Positions 49,168 to 59,641 of a DNA stretch of 64,000 bases are shown here, piece after piece (positions within the stretch are counted from its first letter, which is position 1; each line of letters starts with the position of its first letter). The position numbers and the translations under genes were made by a program. Under the pieces are notes generated by a model that saw only the letters and a program-made list of their open reading frames with translations, did no database searches and was not told the DNA's origin. Origin of the DNA: an uncultured Riemerella sp. (GTDB lineage Bacteria; Bacteroidota; Bacteroidia; Flavobacteriales; Weeksellaceae); contig CALHQK010000095.1 in assembly GCA_938037185.1 (NCBI GenBank), forward strand, positions 943 through 64,942, read 5' to 3'.

Positions 49168-51687
49168 TTATTCTGAAACATTTTCTGTGTTTTCCGTATT
49201 TTCTCCTTCTTCGGGTTGTTCTTCGGAATCTTCCACATCTTTATCCATTTCTACTTTCGCCACCGCCGCGATTTCATCACTTCCTTTTAGATTGATAAGT
49301 TTCACCCCTTGGGTATTTCTTCCCATCACGCGCAGTTCCTCCACTGCCATACGGATAGCCACACCAGATTTATTGATAATCATCAGACCATCTTCATCTG
49401 TTACATTTTGTATCGCGATGAGTTTTCCTGTTTTTTCAGTGATATTTAGGGTGATAACTCCTTTTCCACCTCTGTTGGTAACTCTGTAGTCTTCCACTGC
49501 GGTTCTCTTTCCGTAGCCTTTTTCAGAAACAACCAAAACAGATTCTTTCTCCAAATCATTAGCGATAATCATACCGATTACTTCATCATTATCCTCTAAT
49601 GTAATACCTCTCACCCCGATAGAAGTTCTTCCCACGGCTCTTACTTTTTCCTCTGGGAAACGGATACATTTACCATTTTTAGTAGCAATCATGATTTCGG
49701 ATTCACCCGTGGTCAGTCTTGCTTCTAAAAGCTGGTCATCTTCACGAATTTCTATGGCATTTACCCCATTTACTCTCGGTCTAGAATATGCCTCCAACGA
49801 AGTTTTCTTGATAACACCATTTTTGGTAACCATCACCACATACATGCTGTTTACATAGTCTGCATCTTTCAGGTCATTGGTTCTGATGTACGCCTTGATT
49901 TTATCATCTGGCTCAATGTTGATAAGGTTCTGAACCGCTCTTCCTTTGGCTGTTTTAGAGCCTTCTGGAATTTCAAATACGCGCAGCCAGTAGCATTTTC
50001 CTTTCTCTGTGAAGAACATCATATACTGGTGATTGGTAGCGGATACGATGTATTCCAAGAAGTCTTCATCACGGGTCGTTGCGGCTTTATTACCTACACC
50101 ACCTCTAGACTGCACTTTGTATTCAGAAAGCAGAGTTCTCTTAATGTATCCTGCGTGAGAAATCGTAAGCACCACCTGCTCATTTGGGATAATGTCTTCT
50201 ATGGACATTTCACCGCCTGAATAGTCAATTTCTGATTTTCTTTCGTCTCCGTATTTTTCTTTGATTTCAAGAAGCTCGTTCTTTATAATCTCAAATCTTC
50301 TGCCCTCATTAGATAGGATATCTTCTAAATCAGCGATAATCTTCATGATTTCCTCGTATTCATCACGAATTTTATCCAATTCCATTCCTGTAAGACGAGC
50401 AAGTCTTAAATCAAGAATAGCCTGTGCTTGAATTTCAGAAAGTTCAAATTCTGCTATCAAACCTTCCTTCGCTGCCTGTGGATTGGCACTATGTCTAATA
50501 ATCGCTATTGCCTTATCCAGCGTATCCTGAGTAGCAATCACCTTCATATACCCCTCCAAAATATGAGCTCTTTCTTTTGCTTTTTTCAGCTCGTATTCTG
50601 TTCTTCTGGTTACTACATCATGTCTATGTTCTACAAAATTATAGATAATATCCTTTAAATTAAGCTGTTGCGGTCTTCCACCAACCAGCGCAATATTATT
50701 GATACTAAATGAAGTCTGCAGAGCTGTATACTTATATAATAGGTTAAGCACCACATTTGGAATCGCATCGTTTTTCAATTCATAAACCACACGAAGTCCC
50801 TCCCTGTCAGATTCATCACGGATTTCATAAATCCCTGGTATTTTATCTTCTTTTACTAATTCTGCCGTTCGCTCTATCATATCTGCCTTATTCACTTGAT
50901 AAGGCACCTCTGTTACTACGATAGCATTTCGGTTTCCTATTTCCTCAAATTTCACTTTTCCTCTCAACACCACTCGCCCTCGCCCTGTATGGAAAGCATC
51001 TCTCACACCATCATAGCCATAGATAATTCCTCCCGTAGGGAAATCTGGAGCGATGATGTGTTTCATCAGTTCATCTATGGTAATATCCCTGTTATCAATA
51101 TACGCACAGATAGCATCTATACTCTCGCTAAGGTTATGCGGAGCCATATTGGTAGCCATCCCTACCGCGATACCAGAACTTCCGTTTACCAAAAGTGTAG
51201 GAATTCTCGTAGGGAGAACCGTAGGCTCTTTGGTTGTATCATCAAAGTTATTCTGAAAATCAACCGTTTCTTTATCTAAATCAGAAAGAATTTCATCTGA
51301 GATTTTTTTCAGCCTTGCTTCCGTGTAACGCATCGCTGCTGGAGGGTCACCATCCATAGAACCGAAGTTTCCCTGTCCATCGACCATAGGGTATCTCAAG
51401 CTCCACGGCTGCGCCATACGCACCATAGCATCATATACAGAGCTGTCTCCGTGAGGGTGGTATTTACCCAAAACATCCCCTACGATTCTGGCTGATTTCA
51501 AATGTTTTTTATTGGAAAAAACTCCCAAATCATACATACCATACAGAACCCTTCTGTGAACGGGTTTCAGACCATCTCTTACATCAGGCAATGCACGGGA
51601 AACAATCACCGACATCGAATAGTCTATGTAAGAGGACTTCATTTCATCAACAATGTTGATAGGAATTAACTTTTCTCCTGCGTTCAT
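49168..51687 (-). CDS. gyrA: DNA gyrase subunit A
   Basis: The active-site Tyr is in [10 protein letters not shown] and the quinolone-resistance-determining region (QRDR) reads [17 protein letters not shown]. It has C-terminal beta-pinwheel repeats and an acidic tail. 839 aa. Confidence 0.95.
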   Translation of the reverse strand: MNAGEKLIPINIVDEMKSSYIDYSMSVIVSRALPDVRDGLKPVHRRVLYGMYDLGVFSNKKHLKSARIVGDVLGKYHPHGDSSVYDAMVRMAQPWSLRYPMVDGQGNFGSMDGDPPAAMRYTEARLKKISDEILSDLDKETVDFQNNFDDTTKEPTVLPTRIPTLLVNGSSGIAVGMATNMAPHNLSESIDAICAYIDNRDITIDELMKHIIAPDFPTGGIIYGYDGVRDAFHTGRGRVVLRGKVKFEEIGNRNAIVVTEVPYQVNKADMIERTAELVKEDKIPGIYEIRDESDREGLRVVYELKNDAIPNVVLNLLYKYTALQTSFSINNIALVGGRPQQLNLKDIIYNFVEHRHDVVTRRTEYELKKAKERAHILEGYMKVIATQDTLDKAIAIIRHSANPQAAKEGLIAEFELSEIQAQAILDLRLARLTGMELDKIRDEYEEIMKIIADLEDILSNEGRRFEIIKNELLEIKEKYGDERKSEIDYSGGEMSIEDIIPNEQVVLTISHAGYIKRTLLSEYKVQSRGGVGNKAATTRDEDFLEYIVSATNHQYMMFFTEKGKCYWLRVFEIPEGSKTAKGRAVQNLINIEPDDKIKAYIRTNDLKDADYVNSMYVVMVTKNGVIKKTSLEAYSRPRVNGVNAIEIREDDQLLEARLTTGESEIMIATKNGKCIRFPEEKVRAVGRTSIGVRGITLEDNDEVIGMIIANDLEKESVLVVSEKGYGKRTAVEDYRVTNRGGKGVITLNITEKTGKLIAIQNVTDEDGLMIINKSGVAIRMAVEELRVMGRNTQGVKLINLKGSDEIAAVAKVEMDKDVEDSEEQPEEGENTENTENVSE

Positions 51688-51836
51688 TTATTTTTATTAA
51701 AGTTATATGAATCAGTGCTTTATGCACCACTATTTACATCTATTTTTTCTTTTCTGCGATGAGAAACAAATAACATGGCAATTTATGAAAATTTGATTAC
51801 TTTTACAAAAAAAATTAAGTTAAAAATTTCACAAAA

Positions 51837-52145
51837 ATGGCAATACTCAGTATCACTTTTCACACAGAAGAACACAAGATAAATGATTGGAATTCCTTTT
51901 TAGAAGAAGAACTTTTAGCAATTATCAAAAATTTCAGCAGGAAATACATCATTTCCGAAGTTGAATCAGAAATGCTCTCCGAAGGTAAAAACACCAATAT
52001 TTTATTATTCTTTGATAATCAATCAGATAGGATTTATTTTTTGGAAAATGAACTTCCGCATATTTCAAATAAAATTTTTGATAAATTTAGTGAAAGTGTA
52101 TTGATTTTCAATACTTTTCTAAACAAAATAGAATCAAACATCTAA
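51837..52145 (+). CDS. Hypothetical small protein
   Basis: 102-aa ORF with no motif. Confidence 0.3.
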   Translation: MAILSITFHTEEHKINDWNSFLEEELLAIIKNFSRKYIISEVESEMLSEGKNTNILLFFDNQSDRIYFLENELPHISNKIFDKFSESVLIFNTFLNKIESNI

Positions 52146-52773
52146 CCCTGAATTCCATTCTTTATAAAACTGCTCCAAAAACACCAGCATAAAACTATGC
52201 CTTTCCTCTGCTAATTCCCTTCCTTTATCAGTATTCATAAGGTTTTTCAGCAGGAGCAGTTTTTCATAAAAATGATTGATTGTCGTACCATTGGATTTTT
52301 TATATTCTTCCTTGGCCTGATGGATATTCGGCTGAATATCTGGATTATAAATCGGATTATTTTTATATCCTCCAAAATTAAAAGTCCGTGCTATCCCGAT
52401 AGCCCCCATCGCATCCAGTCTATCCGCATCCTGCACGATTTCGAGCTCTTTGGTCTTTTCTATCGTTTCGCCTTTATTTTTAAATGATGATAAATAAAAT
52501 CTGCTCTATCACCTGAGCCTCCACTCCTATTTCATTAAGGAATTTTTCAGAAATCTCAAGCGCCAAGGTTTCATCTCCGTTATGAAATTTTGGGTCGGCA
52601 ATATCGTGTAATAAAGCCGAAATTTCCACAATTTCTTGATTGCAGTTTTCTGTTTTAGCAATGAGCTTTGCAAGTCGCCAAACCCGCTCGGTATGGAACC
52701 AATCATGCCCTGCCTCTGCTCCTTCCAAGGTTTTCTTTACAAAATCTATGGTCAGAGATATATTTTGATTCAT
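52134..52773 (-). pseudogene. HD-domain phosphohydrolase interrupted by a frameshift (fragments 52480-52773 and 52134-52436)
   Basis: The N-terminal fragment has the H..HD motif (ALLHDIAD). The C-terminal fragment has the second HD-domain Asp ([15 protein letters not shown]). The frames differ by 1 nt, and the downstream frame is open across the junction (..[30 protein letters not shown]). Confidence 0.6.
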
Positions 52774-52774
52774 T

Positions 52775-55456
52775 TTAGTTTTCTTTAAACGGAATTTCAG
52801 GATTTAATATTTCTAAAATAATGTTTTTAATGGAATTCATACAGATACTAACATTCTCATTATCAATATTTTCATTGTCATAAATCTTCAAAGTCTGAAC
52901 GCCCTTCCCTATTTCCGCAAAACTCCAAATGCCGCACTGCAGCTGATTGACCGCAAAACCTTTGTTATGCAAGGCCATATACGCATAAATACTCAGCTGT
53001 AAAGCCTGTTTGCTGTCCGCATTGCTTATGAAATCTTCCAATTTTTCCTCCTTTGGTTTCACGGAAAGATTTTTAGCTTTTGCAGTTTTAAAATCTATCA
53101 CTCGCAACACCCCATTTAGGCGATCTATACGGTCTATATAACCAACAAAATTAATTTTTTCTCCATTTTCATCCAGTGAAAACTCTGCATTGATTTTCTC
53201 TTCTAAACTTATGATTTCTAAAGAGTTACCAGCTTTAATTAAACCTAAATCATAATCCAAAATATGCTCTACCACCTTGGCTGCCATTGATTTATGAATG
53301 TAGTTCATTCCTCGTTCATAGAGCTCTGGCTGGTGTTTAAGTTTAATAATTGCAGCATTAATAGCCTCATCTATTTTTGGTTTTAAATCTTCTATATCAC
53401 TTGCTTTCAGGATTTTACCTTTTTTACCTTTATACAAATCATCCAAAGCATAATGCACCAAATTCCCATAGTTTCGCTGCGAAAGCTCCTCTTCTATCTC
53501 CTCTGTTTCCCTTGCTTTTAAGATGTTATTTAAGTAAAAATCAATCGGATTATAGAGATAAGAAATCAAATGCGATGCTGAAATTCTGCCTTTCCATTCA
53601 TTTAGTTTTTCTAAAACTTTTTCTGTTTTTTCTATGATTATCGGCTCCTGCAGAATCGGTTCAGAGGTGTTTTCTATCACGATATGCTCTATTTTATGAG
53701 GACTTTCCATTTCCATTTGGGTGATAAATCTACTTTTCTCACCCGTATTCACTCCAGAACCTAAGGCATTGTATAACAGATAGATATTTTTAGAATTTTG
53801 CAGCAAACGGTAGAAATGGTAGGCATAAATACTATCATTTTCCAAAAAAGTATTCAGCCCAAAATTCCTTCTCACATCGAACGGAAGATAGGTATTTTGC
53901 GTATTCCCCAGCGGCAGTTTTCCTTCATTTACAGAAAGCAGAATAATATTTTCAAAATCCAAAAGACGAGTTTCTAAAAGCCCCATAAACTGCAGTCCCT
54001 CAAGTGGTTCACCCTGAAAATCCAAGTTTTCTGAATTGACAAGCTGATTCATCAAAACCTCCAGCGCATCTATAGAAATCTCAAAATCATAGTCTTTCAT
54101 ATGATTTTTTAGAATCTTAAATGTCGTTTCAAAAAGAGAAACATTTTCATATAAAATATCATCTATTTCTCTGAATTTCAACTGATAACAAAAATTAGAC
54201 AAATCCTCCAGCAGTTCAGCAGCTGTTCTCTTCTCAAAAAGCTGAAAATAAGAAAGCTCGCCCAAATGCTCCTGCATCATTTTTTTCGAAATATAAACGA
54301 TGTTTTCGTCTTCTATTTTAGCCGTAAATTGGTCTATGATTTTTCGGTCTTCTTCATTATCTGGGAACTCCTCCAAAACCGAAAAAACATCCAAATAATA
54401 GTAGAATTTATCATTTTTTTCAAGCTGTTTTTGTAGGTAAAAAAGCTTCTTAACCGCTCCACTGAAACCAAGATTCTTGATAGGAAATCCCATCGTGATA
54501 TTCAGATTATCCACAAAACTCACCGCATCCAGACTCGGCAGAAGCAGGTTTTCATCTAATAAAACAACCGCCGTTTTAGAATAATTTTCTTTTGGAATTT
54601 CTTGTAAAATTTCAGGCAGAATTTTGGTTTGGGCTACATTCCCCGCAACCTCATAGACCTTGATATTTTTCTCTTCACAAAAACTATTTTCTACCCACTG
54701 GAATTTTCGGTTTTCATTAAATTCCTTCCAGTGCATATGTTTTCTCAGAAACTTTCCAGCCTCCTGTTTTAGGTCTTTTATGTAATATTCATCTGCTTGG
54801 AAAAAGCATTCTGCTTTCCCTTTTTGGAGCAGTTCCCGAATCAGTTTTTCCTCCAAAGGCGTAAGCGCATTAAAGCCACAAAAAACAAACTTTGCTTCCG
54901 TTTCCTCCGCGAAATCGCTTATTTTCTCTCTCACCATTTCGTGAATCATCCCATCAGTCGCCCAGCCTTTTGCTTGGAGATTTTCCTTTAATTTAGGTAA
55001 AAAAACATTCATCTTTTTCCAAAAATTAAGGTTTCGTTTCCTCGCATTATCTCCATCACCCAGCGTTTCGCCCCAGTTTTTAATTCGCTCATCATCAAGC
55101 ATATATTCCAAAACAGCCTTGTCCTCTTCGCTGAATTTAAGCATATCATCCCAGTCTTTCAGCAAAGTAGGAAACCATTTTAGGAAGTTTTCCAAAGTTT
55201 CTTCGGGATAAATTTTCTTATAAACATCATACCCAAAAAGCCACAGAGATATTCCCTGAATGTGCTGTTTTCCAGATATTTTCTTAATCAATTCATCCAC
55301 CGTAAAAAACTCAGGCAAAAAACCTTCGTATTTCTGCTCTTTTAGGATTTGTTTCAAAAAAACTACGGGTCTTTTCCCTGGTAAAACGACTACAGTCTGG
55401 GATAAATCCGAAGTTTCTGATAATAATTCCGAAATAATTTTTGAGAGAAATTTCAT
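52775..55456 (-). CDS. PD-(D/E)xK nuclease family protein, AddB-like (inactive helicase-like N-terminal region, RecB-type nuclease at C-terminus)
   Basis: 893 aa. The C-terminus has GYIDRIDRL...RVIDFKTAK (D...D.K nuclease motif). The N-terminus lacks a Walker A motif. Confidence 0.55.
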   Translation of the reverse strand: MKFLSKIISELLSETSDLSQTVVVLPGKRPVVFLKQILKEQKYEGFLPEFFTVDELIKKISGKQHIQGISLWLFGYDVYKKIYPEETLENFLKWFPTLLKDWDDMLKFSEEDKAVLEYMLDDERIKNWGETLGDGDNARKRNLNFWKKMNVFLPKLKENLQAKGWATDGMIHEMVREKISDFAEETEAKFVFCGFNALTPLEEKLIRELLQKGKAECFFQADEYYIKDLKQEAGKFLRKHMHWKEFNENRKFQWVENSFCEEKNIKVYEVAGNVAQTKILPEILQEIPKENYSKTAVVLLDENLLLPSLDAVSFVDNLNITMGFPIKNLGFSGAVKKLFYLQKQLEKNDKFYYYLDVFSVLEEFPDNEEDRKIIDQFTAKIEDENIVYISKKMMQEHLGELSYFQLFEKRTAAELLEDLSNFCYQLKFREIDDILYENVSLFETTFKILKNHMKDYDFEISIDALEVLMNQLVNSENLDFQGEPLEGLQFMGLLETRLLDFENIILLSVNEGKLPLGNTQNTYLPFDVRRNFGLNTFLENDSIYAYHFYRLLQNSKNIYLLYNALGSGVNTGEKSRFITQMEMESPHKIEHIVIENTSEPILQEPIIIEKTEKVLEKLNEWKGRISASHLISYLYNPIDFYLNNILKARETEEIEEELSQRNYGNLVHYALDDLYKGKKGKILKASDIEDLKPKIDEAINAAIIKLKHQPELYERGMNYIHKSMAAKVVEHILDYDLGLIKAGNSLEIISLEEKINAEFSLDENGEKINFVGYIDRIDRLNGVLRVIDFKTAKAKNLSVKPKEEKLEDFISNADSKQALQLSIYAYMALHNKGFAVNQLQCGIWSFAEIGKGVQTLKIYDNENIDNENVSICMNSIKNIILEILNPEIPFKEN

Positions 55457-55514
55457 CTATTTTTTTATTTCCTACAAAGATAAAACTAAAAAATGACACT
55501 CAAATTTAATTGAA

Positions 55515-55871
55515 ATGTCATTTTACCATATTTTTCATACTTTTGTATATTTATATCATTTTTCAATGAAATTAAAAAAAGAATTAAAACCAGTATTGCG
55601 TGATACTCTGATTTATATTGTCGCATTGGTGGGTATTTTTTTTATTATACTTTTTTTTCTATTACTAAGTAACAATAATGAGGAATTAGATTTATTACCA
55701 CTTATTGTTCTATTCATTTTCCTCCCTTTATATGCTCTTGTATTTAGCTTCTTCTTTTTAGTCTACATCTACATTAAATGTTTTTGGACAAAGAATAAAT
55801 GGTATTTACTTTTAATTATGCTAATTCTTACATTTATGTTTTTCTGTATTTGGCGACTTAAAAACTTATAA
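55515..55871 (+). CDS. Hypothetical small membrane protein
   Basis: 118 aa with three hydrophobic helices. Confidence 0.3.
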   Translation: MSFYHIFHTFVYLYHFSMKLKKELKPVLRDTLIYIVALVGIFFIILFFLLLSNNNEELDLLPLIVLFIFLPLYALVFSFFFLVYIYIKCFWTKNKWYLLLIMLILTFMFFCIWRLKNL

Positions 55872-55879
55872 TTAAATCA

Positions 55880-56515
55880 CTATGAATTAAAATTTCCTTT
55901 TGATAAATACACCACTTTTTTGGTATCGAAAATTTCTTCTTCAAAATAATTTTTCAGCTGAAAAATCTCACAGCGAAGCCCTGCCAGTTCCTCCGCCAAA
56001 TCTCCTCCTTTGAGATAAAGCACGCCGTTATGCTTTTCATTGAATTGCTCTTTTTCAAATTTCCCTTTCAGCCATCGCAAAAACTCAGGCATCTGGGTAA
56101 CAGCCCTGCTCACCACAAAATGAAACTTTTCTTTCAGTTTTTCAGCTCTTCCATGCACTGCGGTCACATTTTTCAGCCCAAGTCCCTCCGAAACAGCTTC
56201 CACCACTTTTATTTTCTTGCCGATGGAATCTATCAGCGTAAAACTCACCTCTGGAAAAAGAATAGCCAGCGGAATCCCAGGAAATCCGCCTCCAGTGCCG
56301 ATATCCAGCACCTTGGTGCCATCAGCAAAAGGCATTACTTTGGCAATTCCGAGCGAATGCAGTATGTGCTTTTCATAAAGCCCATCCATGTCTTTTCGGG
56401 AAATGACATTTATTTTCTCGTTCCATTCGGTGTATAGCTGTTCCAGTTTTTCAAACTGCTGTTTTTGTTCATCAGTGATTTCTGGAAAATATTTTAAAAT
56501 AAGTGATACAGACAT
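55880..56515 (-). CDS. rsmG: 16S rRNA (guanine527-N7)-methyltransferase
   Basis: VLDIGTGGGFPGIPLAI SAM-binding motif. 211 aa. Confidence 0.85.
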   Translation of the reverse strand: MSVSLILKYFPEITDEQKQQFEKLEQLYTEWNEKINVISRKDMDGLYEKHILHSLGIAKVMPFADGTKVLDIGTGGGFPGIPLAILFPEVSFTLIDSIGKKIKVVEAVSEGLGLKNVTAVHGRAEKLKEKFHFVVSRAVTQMPEFLRWLKGKFEKEQFNEKHNGVLYLKGGDLAEELAGLRCEIFQLKNYFEEEIFDTKKVVYLSKGNFNS

Positions 56516-56599
56516 TTTTTAGAATTGATTTTTACAAAAATACATAAAAAACTTCGACAAAGCGATGCCTTGCCGAAGTTAATTTTATTTAGATAAAAT

Positions 56600-57787
56600 T
56601 TATTTATTCAATAATTCTTTTATTCTTCTCATTGCCTCTACCAGCTGCTCTTCTGATGCTGCGTAAGAGAAACGGATACAGTTTTTGTCTCCGAAAGACA
56701 CACCGCCCACTGTTGCTACATGTGCTTTTTCTAAAAGATACATCGCAAAATCATCAGAATCATTGATTTTCACGCCATCCAAAGTCTGACCTATGTAATG
56801 AGAAATATCTGGGAACATATAAAAAGCTCCTTTTGGTTTGTTAATTTTGAAACCTTTTATTTCTTTTAAAAGACTGAAAACCAGTTCCCTTCTCTTTTCA
56901 AAGCTATCAATCATGTATTTGTATTCAGAAGGATTGGTTTCTAATGCTGTAATAGAAGCTCTCTGCGCAATGGTATTCGCTCCAGAAGTCATCTGTCCCT
57001 GCACCTTGTCACAAGCGGCAGCAAGCCAAGTAGGACACGCAGAATAACCTATTCTCCATCCTGTCATCGCGAAAGCCTTTGACATTCCGTTGATTACAGC
57101 AGTCTGCTCATACACTTGCGGAAACTCGGCGATGGATGTATGTTTTCCACCATAATTGATAAATTCATAAATTTCATCAGAAATAATGGTAATTTGTGGA
57201 TATTTTGCGATAACATTTGCAATAGCCTCCAATTCTTCTCTTTCGTAGAAACTTCCAGAAGGGTTACATGGAGAACTGAATAGCAAAGCCTTAGTTTTAG
57301 GAGTAATTGCTGCTTCCAGCTGAGCCGCTGTCATCTTGAAATCTGTATCTATCGTTGTATTGACAAAAACAGAAACACCACCCATCATTTTTACCATTTC
57401 ATCATAACTCACCCAGTAAGGCGTTGGTAGGATAACTTCGTCACCATCATTTACAACAGAAGCCAATACATTGAAAATAGATTGTTTCGCTCCGTTAGAA
57501 ACGCAGATTTGGTTTGGTTTGTAGTCAAGATTATTATCTCTTTTTAGTTTTTTACAAACCGCCTCACGAAGTTCTAAAAACCCTGTAACAGGCGAATAGT
57601 GGCTGTAATTTTGGTGAATAGCATCTATCGCTGCTCGTTTGATATTATCTGGAACATCAAAATCAGGCTCTCCCAATGTAAGGCTTATCACATCTATTCC
57701 TTGACTTTTCATTTCTCTGGCTTTATTAGTCATCACGAAAGTCTTGGAATAGCTCAATCTATTGAGTCTATCAGAAAGTTTTTCCAT
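56600..57787 (-). CDS. Class I/II PLP-dependent aminotransferase (aspartate aminotransferase-like)
   Basis: The PLP lysine is in SKAFAMTGWRIGY. 395 aa. Confidence 0.8.
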   Translation of the reverse strand: MEKLSDRLNRLSYSKTFVMTNKAREMKSQGIDVISLTLGEPDFDVPDNIKRAAIDAIHQNYSHYSPVTGFLELREAVCKKLKRDNNLDYKPNQICVSNGAKQSIFNVLASVVNDGDEVILPTPYWVSYDEMVKMMGGVSVFVNTTIDTDFKMTAAQLEAAITPKTKALLFSSPCNPSGSFYEREELEAIANVIAKYPQITIISDEIYEFINYGGKHTSIAEFPQVYEQTAVINGMSKAFAMTGWRIGYSACPTWLAAACDKVQGQMTSGANTIAQRASITALETNPSEYKYMIDSFEKRRELVFSLLKEIKGFKINKPKGAFYMFPDISHYIGQTLDGVKINDSDDFAMYLLEKAHVATVGGVSFGDKNCIRFSYAASEEQLVEAMRRIKELLNK

Positions 57788-57836
57788 TTTTATTCAATTT
57801 TTTACAAAGTTAATCAAATTAAAATTATTTCTACTT

Positions 57837-58202
57837 TTATTTTGTATCGTTTTTATTTTCAAAGAATATTTTTAGATTTTCTAAATTTTTCTTCTCGCTT
57901 CCCACGAAAATTTCTTTTTCGGTAAGAAAAACAGGGCGTTTCAGAAAACTATAATGGTCTAAAATCAAGTTCTTAAAATCCTCTTCTTTCAGCGTTTTCA
58001 CATCTATTTCTCTTGCCTTTATCTGTGTAGATTTTTTACTAAAAAGCGCCTCATAACTTCCTGTGATTTTGTACATTTCCTGAAGTTCTTTGCTGGTTAC
58101 ATTCTCGGATTTCAGTTCTCTGATTTCCCAGTCTGTAAGGTCAAATTCAGACATTATTCTCTTACAGGTGCTGCATGTTTTTAGATAAAATACTTTTTTC
58201 AT
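57837..58202 (-). CDS. ArsC/Spx-family protein (arsenate reductase-like thioredoxin fold)
   Basis: N-terminal Cys motif YLKTCSTCKR. Confidence 0.65.
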   Translation of the reverse strand: MKKVFYLKTCSTCKRIMSEFDLTDWEIRELKSENVTSKELQEMYKITGSYEALFSKKSTQIKAREIDVKTLKEEDFKNLILDHYSFLKRPVFLTEKEIFVGSEKKNLENLKIFFENKNDTK

Positions 58203-58263
58203 TATAAATCAATTCCCACAAAGATAAATAAAAAAGCCCAAACAAATGCTTGGACTTTTAATT

Positions 58264-59205
58264 TTATTCAGAATCATCAGAAGCTTCGTTTGCTGGCTCC
58301 TGTACATAATATTCAAACGACTGATTTTTAGAATTATATATCACAACATAAGAAGAATTCTGATTTTCTATAATTACCCCATCCTGAGGCGCTTTTACAA
58401 GGTCGGAAGTATCCATATAGATAGATGCCCCTTTCTTGAAACTTCTCACTTTGTATCTCGTTGGGTAATTTTGTGCAAATGCAATATAAGGCTTTTTGGT
58501 TGCTTCATTAGAACATATCACCAAAAGTCTAGAATATTGTCTTTCGTTGTCATCCAAAATTACAGCAATATCCTTTATCCCATCTGCGTCAAAGTCTCCT
58601 GATGCCAAAGTAGATTTTGCCCTGCTTTCATTTTGGGCAATTTTATAATTTCCTCCATTTACATATTTATTATTTTCTTCTATCAGTATTTTTTTCATAA
58701 CAGAAGGCAGTGCAGAATAAGGCGCTAATGAAAAGTTATTCTTAAAATCTTCAAAACTATAAGTCGGAATAATCATATTCTCATTGAGAGAAATAGGATT
58801 ATTTTTCGCACTTGGGTATTGCGTAGGGTCATTGAGATAAGCGGTTTTAAACTCCTGACCTTCATTTTCATAATGTATAAAAACTCTGTCGCCAAACTTT
58901 AATTTCTGTCCATTAGGAAGCGATACCGCATTGGCAATCAATGAGTAAGATTGATACGGCGATTCTTCATCATAGCCTTCTGTATTCTTCAAAGAATCAG
59001 CATTAATAGTTGTAGAATCTTTCTTCACAACAAGAGAATCATTTTTGACAATAGCATTTTTTGCTTCATTTTTATTAGAAAATGCAAAATAACCTCCTAT
59101 CAAAAGAACAAGAGCCAACGCCACTCCTCCCACTATATACAGGGATTTTTTAGAAATTGTAATATTTTCTTTTTTTTCCTGATTGAAATCATTATTATTT
59201 TCCAT
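58264..59205 (-). CDS. Hypothetical membrane-anchored protein with FG-GAP/VCBS-like Asp-rich loop
   Basis: One TM helix after a polar N-terminus, and a DFDADGIKDIAV motif. Confidence 0.4.
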   Translation of the reverse strand: MENNNDFNQEKKENITISKKSLYIVGGVALALVLLIGGYFAFSNKNEAKNAIVKNDSLVVKKDSTTINADSLKNTEGYDEESPYQSYSLIANAVSLPNGQKLKFGDRVFIHYENEGQEFKTAYLNDPTQYPSAKNNPISLNENMIIPTYSFEDFKNNFSLAPYSALPSVMKKILIEENNKYVNGGNYKIAQNESRAKSTLASGDFDADGIKDIAVILDDNERQYSRLLVICSNEATKKPYIAFAQNYPTRYKVRSFKKGASIYMDTSDLVKAPQDGVIIENQNSSYVVIYNSKNQSFEYYVQEPANEASDDSE

Positions 59206-59272
59206 AGATAAAAAGTATTTATTACAAATATATAAATTATCTGACTAAAAACAAAGGCTTTGCGATATTACT

Positions 59273-59632
59273 TTATTTCAAAAGCTGACTTCCTAAATAC
59301 ACCGCAGAAAGCCCCAATGCAATGCTCAATGTCAAGTACAAAACCAAAATTCCATACTGTCCGTTTTGCCAAAGAGTGATGTTTTCCATAGAAAATGTGG
59401 AAAATGTAGTAAATCCGCCACAAAATCCTGTAACCATAAGGTATTTCAGATATTCATTTTCTTTGCATAAAGAAGAAAATATTCCAATGAAAAAACATCC
59501 CAAAACATTGGCCAAGAGTGTTCCAAGAGGAAAAGAGCCTGCCATCGGTAGTTTATGAGCATAATTAGAAATCATAAACCTAAAAATACTCCCCACTCCT
59601 CCCCCTATGAAAACATATATCAGGGCTTTCAT
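59273..59632 (-). CDS. crcB: Fluoride efflux channel CrcB/Fluc
   Basis: GGGVGSIFR and GFCGGFTTFSTFS motifs. 119 aa. Confidence 0.85.
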   Translation of the reverse strand: MKALIYVFIGGGVGSIFRFMISNYAHKLPMAGSFPLGTLLANVLGCFFIGIFSSLCKENEYLKYLMVTGFCGGFTTFSTFSMENITLWQNGQYGILVLYLTLSIALGLSAVYLGSQLLK

Positions 59633-59641
59633 AGTAGTTTT

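Noticed and set aside
59633-59641. Fluoride riboswitch upstream of crcB
   Set aside because: The intergenic space is only 9 nt, so there is no room for the ~70-nt aptamer.
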